NCBI GenBank assembly: GCA_024137785.1
Contig: JAHRHZ010000098.1
Coordinates: forward strand, 21,262,113-21,326,112
From: Ginglymostoma cirratum
Lineage: Eukaryota
Direction of reading: 5' to 3'
Length of the DNA stretch: 64,000 nucleotides
Below, in pieces: positions 1 to 12,960 of this stretch. A model generated the notes under the pieces. That model had not been told where the DNA came from, searched no databases, and saw only the letters and a list, made by a program, of their open reading frames with translations. The translations under genes and the position numbers were made by a program. Within the stretch, counting starts at the first letter, position 1. The number at the start of each line of letters is the position of its first letter.

Positions 1-268
1 AGGGAACTCGGTTCAATTCCAGCTTCGGATGACTGTCTGTGTGGAGTTTGAGTGTTCTCCCTGTATCTGTGTGGATTTCTGCCCAGTGCTCCAGTTTCCT
101 TCCACTGGCCAAAGATGTGCGGGTTAGGTGGATTGACCATGCTAAATTGCCCTATGATGCCCATGGACATAGGGTGGGCAACTGGATGGGATGCTTTTCG
201 GAGGGTCGGTGCAGACTCAAAGGGCCAAGTGGCCTATTTCTGCACTGTAGGGATTCTATGATTCTGTG
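1..268 (+). mobile_element. HE1-type (V-SINE) tRNA-derived SINE, 5' end cut by window edge
   Basis: B-box-like ggttcaattcc, V-domain-like gtgtggagtttg...tctccctgtatctgtgtgg, and CR1-like tail ending gattctatgattct. Homologous to 6580-6872 and 21188-21503. Confidence 0.88.
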
Positions 269-2099
269 AAAAGTGGGGAAGTGGTGATAGGATTCCCGAA
301 CTGATTGTCAACCCATTGATCCAGTTCTTTAATTCTCCTTCAGTGGCCAAAAAGTCCTGATGTGGAACTTGAATTGGAGTTCATGGCCTAGAGTAGGTAC
401 ATTGCTATTGCACCGTAAGACTTCCACTAAAGTTAAATTGGTAATCGTTTTGTCCAACAGGCGAACCTATACAAACTTTTGCATGTGCTCAAAGTATTTT
501 ATTTAATAAATACCTTCCACCTGCATATTGTTCACATAACATCCATTAACAGCATGGAGCTGAAAGAGCCAGTGATGTGAGGTACAAGGAATAACAAATA
601 TCACCAAAGCAGTAATAACAAATAAGGACCAAAGCTGGAGGAGATCACTGAGGGAAGAATGCATTGAGAAATTTGAACTGTGTTTATTGGGGCACCAGAG
701 CTTGGTAAAAATATAGATGATGAACGTGAAAGACTTAACGCAAATTAATTTATAAAGTATAATTGTAATAGTTTTAGTGAAATTAATTTCTGTTTTTAAA
801 TCTATAGACTAGGGTTTTGTTGTAGTTGAGGAATAGGGTGAAATTCAAGCAACAATGCAAACATCCAGGATTAAAAAGCAGCTTTGGATGGAGGCAGGAT
901 GGAAGATCCGCTGGGTGTTGGGAAGGGTGCTGCCATTACCCAACACTAGATTTAGCTTGATAAGGTTTATGATTTCACTGGAAACTCCAAATGTGTGTCT
1001 CTTTTTGAGTGCATACACTAATTATTTGGTGCACTAATTTATTGTGACTCTGCATAACTCAGCAGCCACCTTAGCATTGTGTCAGAGAGGAATGGACAAC
1101 CTATAAATAAGTCGCAATCTGCTTCATTGTTCGAAATATTGTATGACTTTTTTTAAGTAGTTCTACTGCTACGCACTTCTGCTTTTCTGGAGATGAGCCT
1201 GTTTTCTTTCTCTCAAAAAGCCTAACTCTGGCTGCTTGACATAGATAACAGCAAGTCCATGCTCATATCTCAGTATCAGATTTTGGGTGGGGAAAATTTG
1301 TTCTTGAAGGGCTTATACAGTACCTACATCATCACTTGCCAATCTCCACCTCGTGACATTGGTGAGGGGGGGAGGTGGTGACACTAGGAGGAGGAAGAGA
1401 ATGAATAGTAGCCTATATAGCAGCCTGCAATCTATATGTTATTCTAGGCACTAATTTTTAATTTTTTCATGCTTGGGATGAAGGACAGGTGAATACATCA
1501 CTGCTGCTAATAAAAGGAGGGAAAATTGCACTAACAAAATTCCCGGGGAAGTGATGTGAAAATTGTTGAAATGGAAGGTCTCCAGGACAAGCTTAGTATA
1601 ATAAATACCTGTATTGTCACCCTGAGTTCTATTCCAGATTTTGTTTTAGTTTTGTATTACCATGAATTACAACAGTTGCATCAAAAGCAGGAATGAAATG
1701 AGGAGAAGAAACACATGAGCCACAAGGAGTCTGTTCATTTTGATTTGCTAAGTGATCATGAACTAAGTTTTATACTTTATATTTATGTACTTGCTAGTCA
1801 ACTCTGTTTTGAAGTTTCAGGGCATGGCACCTACCAACCACTGTTGCAATTAATTATATTATGAGATTTTTAAAAAATTATTTATAAGCTATATTGGTTC
1901 TTGGTATAGATGTATAAACATGTGAACTCTAAGAGCAGTTAACCTGGTCCCATGGTGTCATTGCTGCTGGTTTGATGATCTGTGCTTTCTCGTTGATGAG
2001 TTGGCATGCTTTGAGATGTGTGTGAATGAATCAGTGTTTTGAGCAGTACCACAATGTTACACCAGTATATAGCATTACTGGGCCATGTGGAAATCTAGT

Positions 2100-2450
2100 T
2101 TAGATTAGTATTGTACACTTAGTAATGGATATATTAATTGGGGGTACTAAAGATTATTAAAGACCTAGTCCAGATTTATTGTTTTGAGGAAATGGAAGAT
2201 AAAGTTTATGAGGTGGATAATGTGTGTATGGAGTTTGTAAGGTACTTGATAAGGTACAAAAGAGTAGCTATAAAAATCAAAGTACTGAAGGAAAAATAAC
2301 CACATACATAGAGAGATATTGGTAAAAGACAGAAAATGAAGAAGAGTAATTAATGTTCTTTAGACCGAATAGTTTTGTGGAGGCATGTGTCCCAGGGATC
2401 TGTGCAGGGACTTTTGTTTTCTATTTAGAAATTATTTGAATATTGACCGC
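2100..2450 (+). mobile_element. Highly decayed CR1 reverse-transcriptase fragment
   Basis: Remnants of CR1 RT motifs (FE.., VD.V.M.F.K..DKV, VSQGSV.G.LLF) with frameshifts. Confidence 0.5.
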
Positions 2451-2790
2451 AGCAACCTTATGCTGATGCCCCCAGGCCCACAGCTCCCCCATTCCCAATC
2501 TCCAGTGAAACCACGCATGCACAGAAAATAGGCGCGCAATTGAAACATTTCAGCATTTCAACAAATCTCATTCATTAGTGCACATGCAAACATTTCTTGA
2601 CAACAATATGCATGCCTCTCAGTGTCAGCAAACATGGCCTAATTTCACAGCAAGGAATTCATACCTGTTGTGAACTTTCTTTTGGGGGTAAGGAGTTCCT
2701 GCAATATGCAGGCGATCAGGAGTTAAGGAGTTGTTTACAAGTGAAGCTGATTTGGTTCTCAACTAAGTAAGTAAGTTTGAAGTGGAAACA

Positions 2791-3442
2791 TGTTACAGAG
2801 ACACAGAAACGCAGACAGAGAAAGACACAGAGGGTGTGCTATTGTGTTCCCTGGAAGAAGCTACCAGTTCTCTGCAGTAAAAAGGAAGAAAACCAGATAC
2901 CTTTCCTGCAACAATTGTTGAGAGCTGTGACTTTTGAATTCACAAAATCAGACATTTTCCAAGCAAATCGATTGCCCTGTACTTCTTTAAAAAACAGAGG
3001 AAGCTTGCAGAAAGGGAGAGTTGAACAGCAAGTGCTTGCAAATTGAAGAACAATCACCCCAACATCTGAAAGAAGATGCAGAGACCTCTGAACTGACTTT
3101 CTAGTTTTCTGTAGCTCTGCAATAATTTATTTTCCCTGTGTGTATGTTTAAGGGGGAGTTACTAAGGGGTTTTGAGTTTTAATTCGTAGCTAGTTCTAGT
3201 TCTAATTAATTAGTATACCAGTGTTTTATATCTTTTTACCTGCAGCAATAGTCTAATTGCTTACAATAAATAATAATTCTTGTTTAGTACTGAAACCTGG
3301 TCTGTGCTTTCTTCCAACCTTAGTTTGAAGCCAGGTAAATCAGGTAGGGTGCTTACCTTATTAAAAAAACCTTTTACGATTTGGTATGACTCCTGGAAAA
3401 GCAGGGCTTGATTTTACAGCATGCTACCAGTGGATTGTAACA
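2791..3442 (+). mobile_element. Candidate solo LTR
   Basis: Starts TGTTACA (2791) and ends TGTAACA (3442), perfect 7-bp inverted termini. 652 bp with an internal AATAAA near 3265. No intact TSD. Confidence 0.5.
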
Positions 3443-4129
3443 AAGTACAGAGCAACTTTCAATGTGCGTGTGTATGTTCCCATCTCTAACAATCCCTTGA
3501 TAAAGATCTATGCTGTCATTATTGCTAACTTCTGTGCCTTAATTCAATGTATTCAAGTAATTCCTGGTAAATTAGGCCATAGATTGTGATGAACAAATAT
3601 GTACAACATTGGGAGATTAAGACAGTCAACTTTTTGGTCTGCGTGACTATAGTAATTTCTTTTTTCCACAAAGGCTGTGTATCATGCCAGTATATGATTT
3701 ACTGGGGGGATAGCTCCAATTCCAATACTATCTCAGTAGCCCTCCACAAGGAGGTGGCTATTCTTCATCGCTGAATCTGACAAGCTGTTATTTGTACTAA
3801 GCACCCTGACACCGGTGGAACAATACCATGCAGGTATTAAGAACTTTAGAAAAGAAGAAAGATAGAAAATGAAATTACCAAAAGAAATGTATAAAGTATG
3901 AAGAATAAAACTGAAAAACAAATTGGTTTGGTAGCATTTACTTGGTTACTTTTGATAATAAACAGGGTAAACCCTGAAACTGGAAATGGCTTGAAGCCTA
4001 CAGTGTTTGCAGAATATGTTCAAACTAACCATTGCTGGCAGACCTCCCAACCCTGAGGAAAGAGCTTTTGTTGGAGGAGGGCTTTCAAGTCATCGAGTCT
4101 GCTCTAGATCCCTGAAGGAAAAAGTCACT

Positions 4130-4470
4130 CGGTGCCATTCCACATCTTCCTGCCATAATCCTGCACATTCTTCTTTTTTCAAATAATAACTACATTCTCC
4201 CTTCAATGCTTCAATTGAGTCTGTCTCCACTACACAGCTTGTGCACTCTAGATCCTAACCAGTCGCTGTGTGAAAACATTCCTAATGTCTCTGTTCCATC
4301 TTTTACCAATTACCATATATCTCTGCTTCTTTATTCACTATCCTTCCATATATGGGAACAGATTTTCCCGTGTCTACTCCATCCAATTTTGAACACCTCT
4401 AATAATTATCCTCTCAACCTTCACTTCTTTAAGGAAAACAGACCCAATTTCTCAGTTCTGTGTGTGGAAG
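4130..4470 (-). mobile_element. Decayed CR1 3' fragment
   Basis: Antisense resemblance to the CR1 3' ends at 36140-36680 and 32115-32525. Confidence 0.6.
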
Positions 4471-5149
4471 TGAAGATCAATATAACGGTCAAAACTTAGG
4501 AAAATTTGTGCAATCTGAATTTACTATCTGTTTAATTAGTTTATTTACAGTAAAATGTATTCCATTTCACATTGTATCTTCTGCTTTACTTTCCATTTCT
4601 CGCCCAGACGTTTTTCCTCTAGAACAAACGAAGTGAATCGTGCAGCCTTGTTTTAACACTTCTTGTGAATTTGGTCTTTTCAATTTGAGTGCAATCTCCT
4701 GTCCTAGTTCCTGCGAGGTGAACCTCAGGGCCTTTATTGTCTATAGCTGCTCATCCTTTTCAAGATCCTGTAGACTAATGTTGTTTTGTGGGTTTTAAAG
4801 ATATTTTAAACCTTTTCCCTTTCAAAGCCATTTGCATGGCAGAATGAATCACATGTACAATTGTACATGCTAATTAACTATTCTTGAGATTCCAACTCTA
4901 TATTTTGGAAGTAAGTGGGCATGCTGTTTACAACCTGACATTCTCCACCATTTTCTGAAGCCTTGCACCTTTTTCTTGGTAAACCATCTAAGTTGTAGGT
5001 AATCTTTCTAATAATCAACCTACTGTGTTCTGCTGTCAGGCAGACCTAACCTAGTTATCTTCATTTTTACTTAAAGACAGTTGAAGGAACGCATAAAACA
5101 AGGCGGGGTACACTTGGTATGCAGAACAGATAGAGAATTAGATGTACAA

Positions 5150-5810
5150 GAATGTAGTAGCCTTGCAGTATGCTGACATTATAGCACAATACTTGCAGAA
5201 TCAGAGAGACCTTATAAAATATCATGGATAAGGAATATCTTGATATTTAGAATATGGATTGTACATGAAAACCAAAAAGACAAAAATGGTAGTACTTAAA
5301 AAGTACATTTGTACATGAGAAGAAACGAGAATGAAGGTTGAAGTGGATGGTGTCACACCGGAACAAGTAGATAAGCTTTTCTATTTATGACAAATGATAA
5401 CAGAAGATGATAGATGCCCTACTGAAGTCTGACGAAGGATAGAGATGGTCCGAAGCAATTTTGTGAAGATGAAGGCTTTGTTAATAACAACTCAAATTTC
5501 TGTAACCAGGAAAACATCCAAAAGTTATGCTACTTTTTGTTCACTTTCTGTTTGCCTCATAAAACTGAACAATAGGAGTTGTGGAAGAAAATAGAGACGT
5601 TTCAAAATGTGGACACTAAGAAGTATTTTTAAAAATTCCATAACACTAACAAAGAGATGTTTGCAGTTGCAAGAGCAAAAAGGTATCTTTAGAAGTGACA
5701 TCTGGAAAGGGAACAGTCAGTATTTTGACCATTCAGTCAGAGCTGAAAAGCTACCAGGACCTCTCCTGAGGGGTAAATTGGAGGGCAGCAGAAGGAAGAG
5801 TTGAGCCAGG
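5150..5810 (+). mobile_element. RTE-clade LINE ORF fragment
   Basis: Translates LQYAD..., then ...KTKKTKMVV... and KVEVDGVTPEQVDKLFYL*QMITEDDRCPTEV*RRIEM. This resembles the RT C-terminus of RTE-type elements, with stops and frameshifts. Confidence 0.7.
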
Positions 5811-6579
5811 TGTAGTTATGATTGCAAACCAGCTTCAGTTTATAAGGATGACATAAGATTGCTGAGTGTGACGTACCATGACAGTAGATCTACCAGCAGC
5901 AGCAGCATCAGTTTTAGCAGTTGGGGTGGTGTGATTTGTGCATATATTTAAAAAAAAACATTAACTCTTCTCCCTTTGTTCTTTAACAACATGGTTTTGT
6001 GAAGTTTGCTGTATCATTTGTTCTAATTGGGAATAAAGGATATCAAAACGGTCAGTTGTGAATGTCAACAGATGTCACTCAGCAGACTTTATATGATATG
6101 TCTGTAACAATTCAAAGAAATTGCTTTTACCATGCAAATTAGTTCTTGGAAGAGGCCTAATTTGAAATTGGTTCTTTTTAGTGTGCTAATTGAAGCACTG
6201 CATGTTGCATCATACTTGTCAGCTTCAGTCTGAAATCATTTGTCGATTCCTGTAGTTAATAGCAGGCAGATCTTCATTCTGTTGTCTTCCTTATTGAATC
6301 TGTAAAATGTGCCAGTGTAGTTTTAATGGAAACAGCACGGACCTCATTTGCCTGCTGGTGCCCTGTGTTTCCTTTGTTTGGGAATGCCCACCAAATTAAG
6401 TACCACTGAGGTGCTGTGATTCCTCCCAGCCTTTTTGGGACCAGACGCCACCCGGGACAGAAATCTAGCCTGCTGAGATCTGCCAGCTGACACAAGCTGG
6501 TTTCCCTGTTGAACAGCAGCATCTCCAGGGAGGCTTTGGGAGCTGTTGGTGGTCAAACACCCACTTAAATTCTAGCACT

Positions 6580-6872
6580 TAGAATCATAGAACCCCTACA
6601 GTGCAGAAAGAGGTCATTTGGCCCATTAAGTCTACACAGACCCTCTGAAGAGCATCCCACCCACCTATTGCCGTAACCCCACATTTACCATGGTTAACCC
6701 ACATAACCTGCACATCTTTGTACTGTGGGAGGAAACCAGAACACCTTGAGGAAACCTGTGCAGACACAGGGAAAACATGCAAACTCCACCCAAACAGTCA
6801 CCCAAGGGTGGAATTGAATCTGGTCCCGAGTGCTGTGAGGCAGCAGTGCTAACCACTGAGCCACCATGCCAC
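6580..6872 (-). mobile_element. HE1-type V-SINE, near full length
   Basis: Reverse strand begins ggcatggtggctcagtggttagcactgctgcctcacagc (tRNA-like head) and ends in a gattcta tail. Confidence 0.92.
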
Positions 6873-7814
6873 TGGATCACAGGTTAATGGTGAGTGATGG
6901 TGGGAAGGGGTCTTGTATTGTGGGATGGTGACCACATGGGCGAAGGAGAGAGAATTCAGCAACAAGAACAGGAGTTTGGATCTCATTCCTTTCTCTTGCC
7001 AGGTTCCTTGATCAAGTCCCTGCCCGTAGTTAAGGCCTCTCAACTTCAGTGTATCTGTCCTGTACCCTATTGACACTGCTGTGAGAACTGTATTCTAAAT
7101 ACAGCTATACTGTGATTTGTATAAATTCAGTGTTACCATTTTAGTTCATGTACTTAAAACCTAGGTTCTTTCTTTCAAAAGCTTTATCAATGTGTCTCTG
7201 ACCTGTCCCTTGTTTCATCATCTCAAACATTGCCTCCTTTTCTCTCTACCATTCTGCCTATTTGTCTTGTTACCTTACTTTGTCTTCTTTCCTCTTCCCT
7301 ATGTTTCCTCTACCTTCTATCTACATTGTGCCATTCTATATCATCAACAAATACATTTGGAGTTCTCTGTGTCTTCAAATAAGTGCTTGGAAACCAGCAA
7401 AGATGAAGTGCAGTAGGCTCAGAAAGATGAGGGTACAGGAAACAGCAGCTGAGAATTCAGGCCATGCCTCAATGATGGAAATGGGGAAGTGGGTGCTAGC
7501 ATAGAATTGCGAAGAAGTTACTGTGTGGAAACTGACTATTTGCCCATCCAAACTTTGATATTTATCCTTCTCATCAGCTGTAGTTTTAACTCACATATTA
7601 CCCTGTTCCTACATCTCTTTCCAACCTATTTAATCACTTTTTGTTGATTTTTCTTCCTGCTTCAATTAATAACTAAAGCAGTCAAATTGGCAACCCACTT
7701 CAGGAGTACTGAAAGAAGTCTATAAAGAATATATACTGTTACTACAGCTTGGAACTAACTGCCAGGCATAATGCAATGGCCTTCTCAAGATGTTTGAACT
7801 AAAATTATTTTGAA

Positions 7815-8215
7815 AAAAAAACTTGCATTTGTACAGGATCTTACATCCTCAAGCCACTTCAAAGCACTTACAACCATTTCATTGCCTTTGAAGCGCACTG
7901 TTGCAGTTTAGACAAATGCAGTTGGCAATTTGCACAGAGTCATATTCCACAAACAGTAATTGAATGACTGGCCAAATAATCTGTTTTTACTAGTGTTGTT
8001 TGAAAGCCAAGATTGGCTAGGAGTTTGGGAGATCTCCTTGCTCTTCTTTGTATAGTCCAGTGCTATGGGATATGTTACATTGCCCTGAACAGGCAGACAG
8101 GTTCTCAATTTAAGATTTCATCTACAAGACAGCAACCTGCTCTGAGCAACACTCAGAATTGCACTGGAGTGTCTGCCTAGATTACATGTTGAAGTCTGTA
8201 ATTGGCATTTGATCT
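7815..8215 (-). mobile_element. Deu-domain SINE (SacSINE1/AmnSINE1-related)
   Basis: Reverse strand carries Deu-like core (gaagagcaaggagatctc..., tgtgcaaattg...) and tail ending aaatgcaagtttttt. Homologous to 37480-37830 and 40440-41240. Confidence 0.7.
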
Positions 8216-11200
8216 TTTAATAGAAAATTTCTTCCTCTTACATAAACAGATAACTTACATTATATGATTTTTTTCAATGGAAGTCTACAATTTTTACTAA
8301 CCCTATTTGGTATTTTGGAGTTATGAGCACCTTCTCTTAAAATTTAACTGTAACAACTTGTTCTTACATTGCACCCTCTTGTTAGTGGAACAGTTAATCG
8401 ATGTGTTTATTCCACGCAGCACTTAACTAAGCACTGGTCACTTTCCAGTACATTTAATGTTGTTTGCTTAATTTTGACAAGTGGATAAAAGGAATTTTCC
8501 CTTTAATGTGGATTTTTCCATTAAGAAGATTTACACTGAGTTTCTCTGTTCCTAGAGAACAGTCTGAAGAATGTCAGGTTGAAACCTTTTCCAATCATTA
8601 CCTTTAGTAACTGGGATTTCTAACCAGATTTAATATGTAGTTTCATCTGGTTATCTCCATACAAACTGAGCACCACAGCATGTTGGGATCTGTACTCCTG
8701 TACAAAATCTCCCATGTGGTTGTATTTTTGAGAGGAATGTTGAATAGAGATAATGTGTGTGCTGTGAGAGGTCAGGAAAGTAATTGAATGCTCTCAAGCC
8801 GCCAGTTGACAGCAGCTGATTCAAGTTAGTATTGACAGAAGCCAAAAAGGGCAGAATGATCCCCCACTTTGTGAAGCTGCCCGCAGTTGGTGTACAGCCT
8901 GGGAAGCTTTGGAGGACTATCTAGAAAATAAATTTGTATTCAAAGATGAGTCTATGGTTTTAATACTTCTTTTCTCATTGTAAAAACAAATGATTGAACA
9001 ACTATTGTTGCATCACATTTTTCAAGTCAACTTTTGTTCTCATGTTTTATAGTAGAGTAAAGTAGTAATTGACTGAAACATGTACACAGTATCCTGTATG
9101 TGTGATACAATCTTAATTTTAAGGTTTTCATTGTAATTTCAGATGTTGAAGTAAATACAATCAAGTGAATGCAGTTAAGGAAGCTGTTATGTTATTTTAA
9201 TTTTAGATGCTGTTCGTCAGATTATTTTTGTGTTTTAGGACCTGCTCGTGCTTGTTTCAAGGGATTTGGGTGCAGCAGCTCTGCAGCTGCCTGTGGCTAA
9301 GCTTTTTCACAAACTCACAGTTTACCTTGTCAATTTATCAACACATCATGCCATTTCCTTTCTGTGAGATTGGCAGTAAAACGGCGTTATGTGTTTTATT
9401 AAAATCTCAGGATATGTATTTCATGAATGAACAATTTTTCATTCATTTGAGTTGCTTTATTTCACCAAAGACTGGGCAGCAAATTTTATTCTAGCTTTTA
9501 TTTACTGATGGCTTCAGTTTGTTTCCTTGAATTGGCAAAGGCATAGTGTTGAGTTCTTCTCTCTAGTGAGACAGAACCTCATTCAAATTTAGTTACTTCC
9601 TCCATATTTATCTCCATGAATTGTTCCTAAGCAGCTGTTGCATAAGCTATGAAGTGGCATTTCATGGCCAGTGTGATGGATTTCTGTGAAAAGCTACTTT
9701 GTTTCCAACCCCTCCTAGTTTAAGGCAGACAGCAGATTGAACAGTGAAAGCCCCTGAATGTGTCATGTGTAAACATGCTTCACATCATTTGACATTTTAA
9801 AAGGGAGGATAAAATCAAATATTTTGGCTATTGAGAGCTCTTAGTTTAGAATAGTGATGCTGTTCCCATTTCTTATTTTTCTTCCAACAGTCATAAAAAT
9901 GATGATTCCTGGGAATTGGGATGGTGCTGAGGCAGCATGGTTTCAGCTTTTGTTCATACTTTCATATACAGCCTAACCCAATGGTGTAGAAATTTACCGT
10001 CCTGTTGGCTGTTAAGATCTATGTCGGATGAGTTTGGTAGCTTCACTATAGTTCCTAGTTTCTGTGTATGATCTTATGGTAATCTAATTTAGTGCAGCAC
10101 TAAAGGGCATTGTGAGAAGAGACTTTAGTGTTGTCCATAGGGTGATTGGAAGTTTGCACTGTAGTAGTGCCTTTCAAGTTGGGATTGCAAGACACTGTTG
10201 GAGCAGTTTAGAGGGAAGTTTAGACTACATTTGGTTATGCTGTGCATGGCCAGGGAATGGTGACAGATGCATGAAATGGAATGTGTTTAATCCCAATGGT
10301 GATATCTCTCTGAAGAACAGTTATACCAGAAATAATAATTTCTGTTCTCCCTGCAGATGCTGACTTACCTAAAAAATGTTTTCAACGTTTGTTTTTCTTA
10401 ATCAAACCGAAAGCTGTTATTTAAAGTTTAAACAAAATAATCCTGCATCTCTATAGTCAGATATGAACAAATGAATAATATTGTATTCATTTAAAATGAT
10501 TCTCCACTAATTAAGAAATGCCCAGATTTATGTATCACTCATAATTCAGGAAAAATACTTGCCACCAAAAGATTGAAGAAAATATGCCAAATATTAACAA
10601 AAGAAAAATTAACGCAATATTTAAATGAAAAATCCATTGTGATTTACATCTTATAAGCCTGACCTTTATGTGACCTTCTTCATAACACATTGCTGCAACC
10701 AGTGTTAGTTATGTTTAAAGTGGTATTTTCCTACAGTTAAGAGTTAAATATTAATGAGTGGAACCCAGGCATTTATAGCTCAGGAACCTTATAGTGTTGT
10801 TGACTCCATTTAAAATTTGACTCAGTGAATACATTAATCACCCTAATTTGCTGACTTTTTGTTGTGCTTCTGGACTGTACTGTCGTTGTTAGTCTGTTAC
10901 AGGAAATAGCAGATAAAAGCTTGAAAAGTGCTGAGCATGCGAAGTTTTTATCTAATTTCCACCCTTTTTCTATCCAACCACCCAGATGACAATGATTTTT
11001 CTGGGGTTTGATTCCACAGGTATGGTCATCCTCATCCAGGTGTCATTCTTCATACCTAAAACTAGATTTGCCAGATCCACCTCAAAAAAAGGTCCCCAAA
11101 GATTGCAATCTTTGCTCCAAGAGGCAGATGCAGGATTGAGTTGGGCCTGGCACTCTCAGAAGGAGAGTATAAGCGGCCACACTGGCAGCTAAGTGCTGAG

Positions 11201-11269
11201 GTGGGCAGGTAAGAATGCCTGCCTCCATTCTCTGGGAGTTTTCTTCCAGTTGTGTCAGACGATTATAGA

Positions 11270-11690
11270 CTTCAGTTTCAGATAGGAGAATTGTCAAAGG
11301 ATACAGCGGGATGTAGATAGATTGTGGATTTGCGACCTGATAGAGATCTACAAAATTATGAGAGGCATAGATAGTCTGGATATTCAGAGACCTTTTCCCA
11401 GGTTGGGAAGGTAAACTATAAGAGGACACCGGTTCAAGATAAGAAGGGAAAGTTTAGGGGAGAAGTGCAGGGAAAATTTTTCACACAGAAGATGGTGGAT
11501 GCCTGGAATGCACTGGCAGTGAAGGTGGTGGAAGTGGGCATGTTAGCAACTTTTAAAGTGTATCTTCATAGACACCTGAACAGAGGGCTAGAAACCATGT
11601 ATTGGCAATAAGTAGCAGATCTAAATAAGGATTAGGGATCGGCACAGGCTTTATGGGCTGAAAGGGCCTGTTCCTGTGCTGTATTGTATC
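11270..11690 (+). mobile_element. CR1 (HER1-like) LINE 3' fragment
   Basis: DLIEIYKIMRGID motif, FFTQKMVDAWNAL, and 3' tail gggctgaaagggcctgttcctgtgctgta. Confidence 0.9.
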
Positions 11691-12554
11691 ATATATTTGT
11701 GTAAGAGAGTCACAGGACTCAGGGCAGACATTAAGTTAATTGTGGGGGACTCTGCAGGAGTCAGAAATGAAATAAAAATACAATAGTGATGATTTTATGA
11801 TGTATTCCCTTCTGAGAGGGCTCAAAAGTTGCCCCCAAGAGATTAGTCAGCAAATTTTCAGCAATACACAGTAGCTCTTTGTAAGTTATCAAAAAGGAAG
11901 AATGTCACTATAATAGAAACGTTGAGAAGGGAAAGTATCAATTATGAACAGTTAATTTCATATCACCATTTAAAATAAAAGCAGAATTGAATTTCCTTAC
12001 AGTTAGTTCTAATTCTAGTTCTAATGTTCTGTGTGCTAAGGATTTCATGGTATCTTTCTGACGCTGAAACCTTGGTTTCAAATGACCGTGTAATTCGGCT
12101 AATTATCAATTTAGAAAAGTTTAGTCATTGCTTAAACATTGTCATTATACTAATAAAGCATTTGGCCTTCCTGATCTTATTTCTTCCTAAGATATTTTGA
12201 TGCTCTTTTCCCCTTCACATTTCTAGTCATATCTCTGCATTTTAGTCTCAGTTGGCCTAAATGAATAGGGCCCATAATGCAGATGGTAGTATTGCTGTTA
12301 CTTCACATTTCACTTGGTGAAGGAGAAGACGTGGAGGAGTGTGAAATGACAATGTAAGTTTCTCAAAATCCCTGCTAAGCATTCTGCTGCTATTAAAGGG
12401 TACTCGCTGATGTATCTGCAAATTGATCAGCTCCTCATTGCTATTCAGTTACTCCAAATGGATAGTTTACATGTGCAGATTGATTTAAGATTGGGTTTGG
12501 CTATGATACCCCTCGCAGTGGAATAGCTCACTTTCTCCAAATAATGAGAACTTC

Positions 12555-12960
12555 TTGAGGTTGGTTGGTTTGCCGAGCTGGTTTGTTGTTCCGCAGATGT
12601 TTCATTACCCTGCTGGTAATGCAGCATATAGTGCATATAGTGGTAATGCAGCATATAGTGCAGCCTCTGATGAAGCATCGGTGCGTTTTCCCGCCTGGTT
12701 TTTAAACTCTGGGGTCCATTGAGCAGGATTGCCTCACTTCCGGTTCTCCTTCGTAGTGGAGTGTATATGGGGTCGAGTTCTATGTGTTTGTTCACGGCTT
12801 TGTTCATGGAGTACCAAGCTTCTAGGAGTTCCCTTGCCTGTCTCTGCTTAGCTTATCCCAGGATTTTGGTGTTTCTCCTTATCCATGTGGATTGAGGTGA
12901 GTGGTCGGCGAGCCAACCAACCTCAACACCCACAACCCGAGCTACAAATCTACTCCCAAA
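12555..12960 (-). mobile_element. Penelope-like element 3' fragment with inverted terminal piece
   Basis: Minus strand reads ...AKQRQARELLEAWYSMNKAVNKHIELDPIY, like the C-terminus of a PLE GIY-YIG domain. ttgaggttggttggtttgccga (12555) is inverted relative to tcggcgagccaaccaacctcaa (12905-12926). Confidence 0.8.

Noticed and set aside
6780-6872. tRNA-like A/B boxes (also 21430-21503 and 54945-55000)
   Set aside because: These are SINE heads; no complete cloverleaf.
9120-9330. Cluster of acceptor-like sites suggesting an extra exon
   Set aside because: No convincing donor and no SH2B-like translation.
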